A stretch of DNA of 64,000 nt from Antedon mediterranea (lineage: Eukaryota > Animalia > Echinodermata). Under the pieces are notes generated by a model. It was not told the origin of the DNA, did not search any database, and saw only the letters and a program-made list of their open reading frames with translations. The stretch covers positions 20,779,045-20,843,044 of the forward strand of contig NC_092680.1 of assembly GCF_964355755.1 (NCBI RefSeq), given 5' to 3'. Shown here one piece after another: positions 26,644-38,600 of the stretch. The position numbers and the translations under genes were made by a program. Every line of letters begins with the position of its first letter. Position 1 is the first letter of the stretch.

Positions 26644-29600
26644 CTATTCGTTGAGAAGCTTCTGTTTCTGTATACACTTCCACATCCATTTGTCATCAAC
26701 AACTTTGGCAGATGAATCAAGTTTAATCTAAAAAGATAAAATGAATTGTTACATTGTGAATTTACTTTGGACAATCAAGCATGATGGGAGTTTATCACAA
26801 TTTCTCCAAGTATTTGTGTTCTGGCTTAGGTATAGCCTAAACGGGAGTAAAGTACTACAACATTTGGTTCAGACCTACTAACCAATGACACACTAGGATA
26901 GTACATTACAATAGGTATGTCTCTTGATAATCAGTCTGTTATTAGTCAAACATTATTTGTCAGTCACTAAAACTAAAATCGAGTCAACTACAATATCCAA
27001 AACTCAATCAACCAAATCAACAAATGAGTCAAACACATGAAACAAAACTACAACAAATAATTAAATAAACATCATATTGATCATTTTATAGAAAAGTGTA
27101 GGTTTTGTAAATGAGGTAGACTTACTATTTGAGGATTGTTGCCTTGTATGATGTGTGTAACTGATGGTTTAAGATCTTTTACAACATCACCGTCATAAGT
27201 AAGTAGCAGTTAATAAAATATCAGAAACCAATGACTAATAAAATAGTAATCATCCTTAATCTACTTCTGAACGTACAAAAATATTACAATTATTTCCAAG
27301 GCCTAATATTATGTGCCTTGTTGTGAACTTTTAAAAGGATATGCAATGATGTAACGAGTCAACTTCTTTTGTTGATTGCTGTCAACATCTGAGAAATAAA
27401 CACAAACACCTCGTAGAAAACTAGGCAGGCTAAACGTCTGTTGATGATTCTTTGGATTCATTGCTAAGCTTGAAGTTGATGGTTTGTTGATGTCTGGTTG
27501 GGTCACTACAGCCTGTTTGACGTCTGATTGGCTGACAGTCCATTTGACTTGATTGTTTCGGCTTTTTCTCGAGTAATAGTATCTGATCAATTAGTTAAGA
27601 AAACTGAACAGAAAAATTTAAAATGTACAGTGAATATCACCATTTTCAACTTATTAATTTGTTGGAATTGGAGATGAAACTAAATACATTTAAATATACA
27701 AATCAAATCAAGAATTATTAAGTGAGCAGGATATTGTTTGTTATAATATTATTGTGTTAGGGTAATAATAGTGTAGATGATGAAAGTGACAGGGTAAGTA
27801 TTACCAAGGGTTTTCTAAACATTACAGAACCCTTGAGCATTCTCTAATGTTACTAAACATTCTTCTTCTAAAATCCCATTGCTATCATAAAGGATACATA
27901 AAGACGGGTATCCCTTTAGCTGCCAGATGTTTCCTTAGCAGTCGTTCTGTTCCATACCAATTAAAACCTGCTTTTGCATAGCCTATCCTTGGCAGATGAA
28001 CACTTGCTACAAAATTTCGTCAAAGAAGTATAAACACATATAGTATAGGCTGGTATGTCGTTTATATGAATGTCGTGTATATTTTTTGTTAAAAGCAAAC
28101 TTTGACTTTATTTCATATCTTGATAATATAAGGAATGAAAAAAAATATGTTGCCATTTTTTCAAAAGACATTTAAAGGACCAAATTCAAGATGGCCGCCA
28201 ACATTCAAATAACCCTTTTAAAAATCAGAATATCATCAATAATACAAATTATAAATGTGGAACAAGTCCGTTTTGATGGTATTACTGTACCCATTATACA
28301 ATCCTAACTATGTAAAGCGATAATCTGTCGGCCATCTTGGATTTCAAAATGGCCGCCACTAAAAATTAAATTCTTTAAATAATTTTAAGGTGTAGGCGAT
28401 TATTATTCAAAGTGTTTTATTGGGGAGGCGTTTATTCAAATAAATACCATCATAATACATTATTTAATTTAAACATCTTTTGAAACTAACTTCCGCGACA
28501 GTGTAGGGCGTTTCGGCCCAAGAAGGAAGATGTTTTAGACGGCTTGCAATATGGGCCCTAATGGGGCACAGATAGCCTACAGTTATTCCTGCCAGCTTAC
28601 TCAATAAAACTCGGCTATCGGGATTTTATTTTTTAACTACTGTACCTTCACACGCATGGTTCAATCCGAAAATAAACAAAAAACTAAAATAGCTAATAGC
28701 CACTAACGACCAACTTTACTGAAACCAGGTAGTTGCAAGGTGAACCTGTGAACTCATCGTGAACCCGGAAATTACTTTGACCGCGTACAATTGAAATTGA
28801 GTTGAAAATCTACCGATGAATCAGAAATTTTGTTTTAAAACTCTTTATAATATATTCCTAAGATAGAAATATGGAACAATATCGTAATAGTGAAAACTGT
28901 TTTACATTTCGCGGTACACCTGAGATAGTTCAGGTAGGTATCCAAGGCAGAAATTTGTTCCAAAGTTTTTCCATTGTGCTCGCCTATGTCAGAATTAACC
29001 ATAATTTATATATAGATTCTAAATTACAGATCTCATTTCTTTTCATGAAACTGAAACTTAACAGGAGACAGGACCACAATATAAAACAAGTGCATTTATA
29101 CCTTATTGTGAAATCCTGTATAAATATGTTAAATAATAAATGCGTTATTGCTATGTAATTCAATGTCTGAACCTTCAGAGCCATAGTCACCAGTATGGTT
29201 GGTAAGTTTCAACCTATCAACTTTTGGCAGAAGCTTGAAGGAAATACAGATAAAGCTCTGCCTATAAATAACCTTGTAAATGAATGAACTCCTACTTCTC
29301 ATCTTCTACAATCTCAACCAATTTCATTAGATATGTACCCCCTACAGACAGACCAGCATTATACACTGGTTTGATGAGTGCACATGGTTGTGGTATAAAA
29401 ACCCATGTACTAGGGAAAGACAAGAATGCCTGGTGATGACTCTTACCCGAGATGAGTGGAGGTGGACAGAAATGACATCAAAAAGCAATTATTATGTCGA
29501 CCCGGTGAACTATATGGCTTTTGGTTGGACATGTAGCATTGTGAAAATAGTGTTGAGGCAAGTGCTTTTGTTGAAACTGAACTTGTATTACCTATACAAC

Positions 29601-32600
29601 TAGTGACACAAATCGGGACAAAAATATCTTAAATGGAAAACATCTGTAAAGGACAAAAGAACACTAATTCTGCTTTCTCTCTACAACTTGCTTCTACAAA
29701 TGCAGACGGAGAAAGAGATTCTAAGTTAAGTATCATTTTATTTGAAAGAGGCTGATCATAAAGATATTAACTTGAATACAGAGAGTCGACGAAATCTAAA
29801 TGATGTGGTTAAACTATATCCCTATATACAGTATGGTATGTATATGAGAGGACATGTATGTGTGAGACTTGCTGGATTTACATCAATTGATCAGGGTCAT
29901 TGAGCGTGGTATCATTGGAATAACACAAATTAATGATTTCATCAGAGCTGGCAAATTTAGTTTACATTTAAAGAGAGATGATATCCCGATTAATGAAGAA
30001 TGCTGCAATTCGCACAAAGGTGTTTGTTGGCCATGGCATGATGAAATTGGACAGAAAATGTTTGAGGCATTGGTAAAAGTCTTGTAGAAGGCAAACTGTC
30101 TATATGGGATCCTAAGAAAACAACGAATATTGGCAAAAAATATATATGACGGTGAATACAGGTGACAAACTTATCAAAGTAAAAGAAGACTCCTATAGAG
30201 ATTATTTGCCGGTGAAATGAGGTATTTCAGTTATTTTGCCAATTTGTTTCTGAACAAGGTCTGTGGAAGTTTGATGGATACAGCAGTAGAGAACGAAGGA
30301 AGGTCAACTTACTGTATCGCATCCAAGATTAGAAATATTTCATTGAAGGACTTTGGCAGAGTTAGTTGTCATTTAACTGAAGAAGTTTATGAGATGTTTT
30401 AATATGAAGAAGTGTACTGTCAGTAATGTAGACCTCCTGATGGTCAACATTTTGTGTTAATCACCATGTTGTTGTCATAAGCATATCATTTTGTATATTT
30501 CAATCTAATTTTATTTAACTTATACAAGTTTTAATAAGAAATTTAACCCATTTAAAAAAAATTGCGGCCATTTTAAAATTCAAAATGGCCGCCATTTTGT
30601 GTTAATCACCAATGTTGTTGTCATAGGCCTATCATTTTATGTGATTTCAATCAACGTCATAACTTGCACATGTTTTAATAAGAAATTTAATCCATTTTTT
30701 TAAAATGGCGGCCATTTTGAAATTTAAAATGTCAGAATACTAATGAATATAGGTTTATAATAATTCTTATATAGCAGAGAACCCATATGAACTTAAAATA
30801 TTATTCATAATGGGTGTTACTTTGTCCAATATGGTACATTTATTGGATATTTTACATATTGGCGGCCATCTTGGATTTGACACCCTTAAGCTTTTTAAAA
30901 AAAATGGCAACATATTTTTTTCATTACTTTACATCCTAAAGACACTAAATCAGCTGGAATTTTGCTTTTAACAAAAAAATGACACGAAATTACATACTGG
31001 CCTACACTAATATCTTATTTTATTTTATGACAGTTTTGAGACAATTCTCCTTGAGAGGCCATATTGTAACAACAAGTAAAGAGTAACATTGTCAAGATAA
31101 AATATAACAATATAATATATTTTTATTGCCTTATAAAAAGGTTGATTATAATTATTATTGATGAAGTATAATGGATATTAATAATAATAAAAGCAACAGA
31201 TGTTTACCTTTCTTTTTTCTGGCAATATTATAGATTTTTTGAAGAGCTGTCTCTAATGCAGATAACTTAATACCTGATAGGTTGTTATACTTATCCCTAT
31301 GCTGAGCCACAACTAATATCAGCTGCAAAATAATTTATATATTTGTTTATTTAATGTTATATTATGTCTATTTCTTTAAATTAAATCACGATTTTAATCG
31401 AATTAACATTGAGTTTTAGGTGTCCAAGTTAAGTGGTCAGTAGTCATAGTAATAGGTCATCCATTAAGTGGTCTGTAGTCATAGTGATAGGTCATCCATG
31501 GAACTAGTAAACCTACCCAATCTTTAGTATCTTTCTGTGATTTTATATCATCTAATTTCATAAGATGTGCATCGCCAAGGTTTAAATCTAAAGAATAAAA
31601 CAAAGACAAGGATCTATCCTTCATTATATCAATTATAATAACAACACTTGCAATCAAATTTACAGTAGTTTCACAATAGGTTATGTATATAAGGTTCATA
31701 AACTCTAAATATTATTGATTTAATATCAATTTAATCAATATAAAATAAAATACAGCAAGCTATGCCAAAGTGTAATTAATGACCACAGACATTAATTAAG
31801 GGTATGTTTGACTGTCATTATTTATCTTTATCTATACATTATTCAGGTGAACAGCATTACATACCTTTCATCTCACCAGCTAGTTCATACCTATCAGCTG
31901 GCGTTGGACTGCGTGCATCAATCGCAGAGAATAAACCACCTGAACCCCAACTACCGCTGTCATCTATACAAAAAGAAAAAAGAGATTTTACTTTTAATAT
32001 GAACACTTAATTTTGTTTGCAAAAAATTGAATTGATGAGGAAGTAATGATTAATGTATAATCTCTTTCTCTTTGTTTTAATTTCTCATTTATTTCTTTTT
32101 TTGTTTTATCCTACATTTCCTTGCACATGGTTGTGGTTGTGATGATTTACAAATGTATCAATACTATATCAATTAATTCATTACTACAAACAAGAATTGA
32201 AAGTACTGAAATCTGATATGAAACCCAGTATTAAATAAAAAAGAAATGTTAATTTTAATATGAACTAAATTCTTTTTTATCCTCCATTTCTTCGCATAAC
32301 CTTTAAGAAAATATAGACGATTTAGTAGTGTATCTTAAGTACTGAAATCCAGTATTTAGAAAGGAACATTACATTTCAATGAAAAATGCACAATTTACAC
32401 TCTTCAAAAACTCACCAACACAATGAACAATGAGGGCGTCTTTGCCATTGGTATTTACTGGATGTGTAACGTCACCACCAACATAACCAAGAGGTGTGTC
32501 ATCTTGGTCATCTAGTTCATCTTCATCCTCTTCATTTTCAGATGGTACATTCAGAGATTCATAATCATTCTCTTTCCACATTTTCTCACTGAATAACAAA

Positions 32601-35600
32601 ATTCAAATATAATTATAATCTTTTCTGTCACCAACGTTACAAAGTTTTTTAAAAGGTCAAAGTTTACAGATAAATAAAATATAAATTATCATTGGTTAGC
32701 GCTTACAGTTTTCGTCTTCTTTCTTCTGTTCGTTTCATTTCAGCTTCCTGCTTCAGTCTAGCACGTTTGGTGGCAGCATCTTGTCGTTTCTTCTTTAATT
32801 CTTCCTGTTCCTCATCTGTAAGAATCTTCCTCTTTCTATGCGGTAAGTCTTTTAATGACAATGATGGTGTGTTCGTACTTCTCCGTGACCTTTCACCTGA
32901 TGTGCTCTGTTCATTTTTCATTATCTTGGCTACGTGGTAAAGTAACATTTTGAATATTTTAATTAACAAATTTGTGTTTTTGTTAATCCTTTATGTACAC
33001 AGCCATGGATTATTAAGAAAGACTGTGTACACCTATCTGTTGAAGATAGAATTGTTTTGATATACAACTAAAAAAATATTTGCACATTTTTCAAGTATGC
33101 TTCAACCCTTATATTTTATTTGACAATCACCATTAACAAACATTAAAAATGATTACCTGCCAACATTTCATCAAAAGCATTGAGGGCAGCAGAGCTGGTT
33201 TCTTTCGAGTAGTCTTTACCTTCAAACATGTACATGTGACTATCTAATATTCAAATGTAAACAACAAACAAGACATTATTAATATAAAACTTAAGAGGCC
33301 AATAATAACTTTATTCAGTCTGTCCTACTACGGTTGCTTGAGGCTGTACTACTGAATTGAAGTCAAGTTGTAATTTATTTTTCTCAATTCTACATTAAAT
33401 AATAAATTAATTCCAATACCTTGCGTTTGGAAATCCTCACATGAGTCACTTATCAACTCAGCATCATCTTGGGCAGCGTCTAAATCCTCGTTACTCATCT
33501 TCCATTCTCCATCTACACTTGGTCCCAGTATTCTCTCAAGATCAATTCCGTTTGTCTGTTCTTCTTCAAGGAGTTTATCAAGTCCAAACTTAAGCATTTC
33601 AGACAGCTAAAAAAAAACCATGTTTTACATTTGTTATAAATTCTCACTAAAAAAAAAAATAAAACAAAAGAAATGAATTTAACATAAAAATTCAATGGGC
33701 TCAGAACTACAACCACCACCAGGAAATAGATTTTGGTCCTAAAAAATAATTTTTATATAATTAGTCATAACTAACACACCTGTTGTGGAGTTTCTGATGT
33801 ACCATTCTTGGTGCCTAAGGAGAATTGACCGCCCTCTATCACCGAAATGGTTAGCTTAAGCTTAGCATCTGCCCTTCGTAAAATCACTTCCTCAACTGAA
33901 TCTTTTCCAATTAAACGAATAATCTTTACTGGCCTTAAAAAACAAAATAAACAAGTTGTGATTAACAATAAAAACAAAAGTTTAGAATTTAGCTATTAGA
34001 AACAGATTACAACTAATGTTTTCAAGAGTGCATTGAAAACCTATCTGCTTTGGTTTTCCACAAGCGCCTTGAGCACTTTGGTGGATATGTACGCCTAACA
34101 AATCCTATTATAATTTCTATGATGTATAAAGAAAAAATAAGATAACTTACCGAGATTGTCCAATTCTATGAGCACGTGCAGAAGCTTGTAGATCATTCTG
34201 TGGGTTAAAATCTGTATCCAAGAATATCACGGTGTCTGCACTAACCAAGTTTAACCCTTGACCTCCAGCTTTAGTACTTAGTAAGAATACAAATGTCTTT
34301 TCATCTCGATTAAAATTCTTAATTGCTAAGAATCGTTCTTCACCTCTCACTGATCCATCAAGTCTTTCGTATGAGTAGCCTAGTGATCACAATAAAGAAA
34401 AATAAAATGTTAACAATACAGTTAGTTCTTCACCTCTCACTGATCCATCAAGTCTTTCATATGAGTAGCCTAGTGAGCACAACAAAGAAACATAAAATGT
34501 TAACAATACAGTTAGTTCTTCACCTCTCACTGATCCATCAAGTCTTTCATATGAGTAGCCTAGTGAGAACAATAAAGAAACACAAAATGTTAACAATACA
34601 GTTAGTTCTTCACCTCTCACTGATCCATCAAGTCTTTCATATGAGTAGCCTAGTGAGCACAATAAAGAAACATCAAATGTCAACAATACAGTTAGTTCTT
34701 TACCTCTCACTGATCCATCAAGTCTTTCATATGAGTAGCCTAGTGAGAACAATAAAGAAACATAAAATGTTAACAATACAGATAGTTCTTCACCTCTCAC
34801 TGATCCATCAAGTCTTTCGTATGAGTAGCCTAGTGAGCACAATAAAGAAACATCAAATGTTAACAATACAGTTAGTTCTTCACCTCTCACTGATCCATCA
34901 AGTCTTTCATATGAGTAGCCTGTGAGAACAATAAAGAAACATCAAATGTTAACAATACAGATAGTTCTTCACCTCTCACTGATCCATCAAGTCTTTCGTA
35001 TGAGTAGCCTAGTGAGCACAATAAAGAAACATCAAATGTTAACAATACAGTTAGTTCTTCACCTCTCACTGATCCATCAAGTCTTTCATATGAGTAGCCT
35101 AGTGAGAACAATAAAGAAACATAACATGTTAACAATACAGTTAGTTCTTCACCTCTCACTAATCCATCAAGTCTTTCATATGAGTAGCCTAGTGAGCACA
35201 ATAAAGATACATAAAATGTTAACAATACAGTTAGTTCTTCACCTCTCACTGATCCATCATGTCTTTCATATGAGTAGCCTAGTGATCACAATAAAGAAAC
35301 ATAGAATGTTAACAATACAGTTAGTTCTTCACCTCTCACTGATCCATCAAGTCTTTCATATGAGTAGCCTAGTGAGAACAATAAAGAAACATAAAATGTT
35401 AACAATACAGTTAGTTCTTCACCTCTCACTGATCCATCAAGTCTTTCATATGAGTAGCCTAGTGAGAACAATAAAGAAACATAGAATGTTAACAATACAG
35501 TTAGTTCTTCACCTCTCACTGATCCATCAAGTCTTTCATATGAGTAGCCTAGTGAGCACAATAAAGAAACATCAAATGTTAACAATACAGTTAGTTCTTC

Positions 35601-38600
35601 ACCTCTCACTGATCCATCAAGTCTTTCATATGAGTAGCCTAGTGAGCACAATAAAGAAACATAGAATGTTAACAATACAGTTAGTTCTTCACCTCTCACT
35701 GATCCATCAAGTCTTTCATATGAGTAGCCTAGTGAGCACAATAAAGATACATAAAATGTTAACAATACAGTTAGTTCTTCACCTCTCACTGATCCATCAA
35801 GTCTTTCATATGAGTAGCCTAGTGAGAACAATAAAGAAACATAGAATGTTAACAATACAGTTAGTTCTTCACCTCTCACTGATCCATCAAGTCTTTCGTA
35901 TGAGTAGCCTAGTGAGCACAATAAAGAAACATAGAATGTTAACAATACAGTTAGTTCTTCACCTCTCACTGATCCATCAAGTCTTTTGTATGAGTAGCCT
36001 AGTGAGAACAATAAAGAAACATAACATGTTAACAATACAGTTAGTTCTTCACCTCTCACTGATCCATCAAGTCTTTCATATGAGTAGCCTAGTGATCACA
36101 ATAAAGAAACATCAAATGTTAACAATACAGATAGTTCTTCACCTCTCACTGATCCATCAAGTCTTTCATATGAGTAGCCTAGTGATCACAATAAAGAAAC
36201 ATCAAATGTTAACAATACAGTTAGTTCTTCACCTCTCACTGATCCATCAAGTCTTTCATATGAGTAGCCTAGTGATCACAATAAAGAAACATCAAATGTT
36301 AACAATACAGATAGTTCTTCACCTCTCACTGATCCATCAAGTCTTTCATATGAGTAGCCTAGTGAGCACAATAAAGAAACATCAAATGTTAACAAGGTCT
36401 GTTTTACAGTACAGTGAAGTAGCCTCAAGGAAGTGGTGTAGTTTTCGCAAAAAAGGAAACAATATCTGTTTAAGTCACTTGGTTGTCAAAGGCCTCTGTA
36501 AAAAAGTGGTCAGGTTGAAACTTTACAAACCTTATTAGTGGCTAAGGCCCTGCAGTAGTTTTGATAGCTTTTTTAAATGTTATATATCTATATGTATCTC
36601 CATTGATGTCCAGCCACTGATACACACGGCATTGTCATTTTTTTTTAACAAGTTGCCTTTCGATATACAACTATATTAGTAATGTAACAGATGGATACAA
36701 TTTGTATACTGTATTGTGGATTTGTGGTGTTTTTTATGTATTTATGTGTGTTTGACCTGAATAAATGAATACCCTCTGTACTCTTTGGTGTTTGTGTTCC
36801 TAAAACTGACCTCTGAATCCTAGGTAATCCTGTACTATGTCCAACATCCTGGTCATCTGGGAGAAAAGAAGGACCTTATGACCATGTTGATATAGCAACA
36901 GAAGTAGTTGATCTAACAGGTGCAATTTACCACTTGCTTCAACCAGGTGTTCCCCAAGTTCAAATGGCTCTGGTTCCACACCTGCAAAGAGAAAGTTTAC
37001 CTTTTCCTTACTTCAACTTTTTATGGTAAGATTTGATAATCTCTAAAGGAGGTACTGTATTAATAAATTGAACTATTATTAAATTGAACTATTGACATTA
37101 AAAAATATTAATTTGAAAATTAGGATTAGTAAACAATGCCCAGGTGGAACTTAACATAAATTGTAAAGTGCAAAAGTACATACAATACAAATATCAAAGC
37201 AATGAAATTCCTAAATAATTACCATCAAATAAATATGGGTGACTGACACATTTCCTGAGTTGAATCATAATGTTCATAAGTTGTGTCTTAGATGGTCCAA
37301 TACAGTCTTGATTAAATGCAGCTGGAAAAAGAACATACAGAAACTATTATCTAGTACTCTTAATTACAAGTTGTACGTAATAACATTAAAAACTGTTGAA
37401 ACAGAGGTGTACAGTACATGAGAAATGTCATTAAAGTGAAGCTACAGCTTGAATTAGCAAAATTAAACGATATTGCTTCGTAAAGCTCAGCATTATTAGA
37501 TTCTTGGCCTTTTAAAATTGATTCAAGTTTTTTTTTAACAAACGATTCAAACGATAGCTGGTCTTCGCTTTCGAATTCAGCAGGCTTGGTATTTGCTCGT
37601 GTAGATCGTGACATGGCGGCCTAGAGAAAATTAATATGCAAGTAGTGCGTTTCAGGAGCTCGTTGTGTAAGCGTCTTACTCCGATCGAATCATTGAACTG
37701 TATTGACCTAGTGCCAAGGTTGTAACTCACCACTCTATCAACTCCACTCCCTTAAATAGTTTATCCATCCTGTAATTGGCGAGTTTACTCACTGTTGGAT
37801 ATAGTATGAAATTTAAAAAAAAAGGTGATATAAATCCGATTGAAAACTTGCTTTATAAATGTCACAAGATGGATGCACAGAATTCAACTGACCATAGTCT
37901 TTAAGAAGCACAGCTTTGTAGTACTTTTTCTGTAGGGCTGTTAGTCCATGAAATAGAACAACTTCAGTCTTCTTTGGCAGATCACTCAAAACTTCTGATT
38001 TAGTTCTTCTGAGTAGAAAAGGTGACAGCAAGTTGTGCAACTGGTTTTTCACTGTATGTGTATAATATAATTCATTATTTGGAAGGTTGAATTTCTATAG
38101 TTTTAGATTTTTAATACAATCATTTAGAAATGTCAAGAATTTGTTAATATGCCTAATTTTTCAATTTCTTTGTTATAAAAGGCTGTAGAACAAATTAAGC
38201 AGAGTATATTTATAGACAAGAATTAACTCAATTGTTTTTGTTTTTAAATCCAATTTAGAACTACCTGAATCGTCATCTATATTTTCAAAATAATCTATGA
38301 AATCTTGCGAGTATTTCTGTTTGAATATCTTGGGTGCAATGAATGCTAATAGGTTATACAGTTCCTTTAAATTATTCTGTACTGGTGTTCCTGTGAGCAG
38401 AAGACGTGTCACATCAAACTAGAAAAAACAAGAGGGCATATTTGTAGTTATAAACATATCAAATAAAGACTGTGAGCTTGAACAGGATCATGTAGGAAAA
38501 TACAGTAATCTAATTATCATACTTTTCTCGAACATAAAAACTCTCAGTTAAATGATATTGACTTACATTACTGAGTGCTTGATGGAGCATAGCGTTTGAG

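Noticed and set aside
28871-30402. Short ORFs inside the TIR element as an intact transposase
   Set aside because: Fragmented, and I cannot identify a catalytic motif.
34323-36538. 200-aa and 538-aa plus-strand repeat ORFs
   Set aside because: Antisense reading of the 90-bp CHD1L splice-site array.
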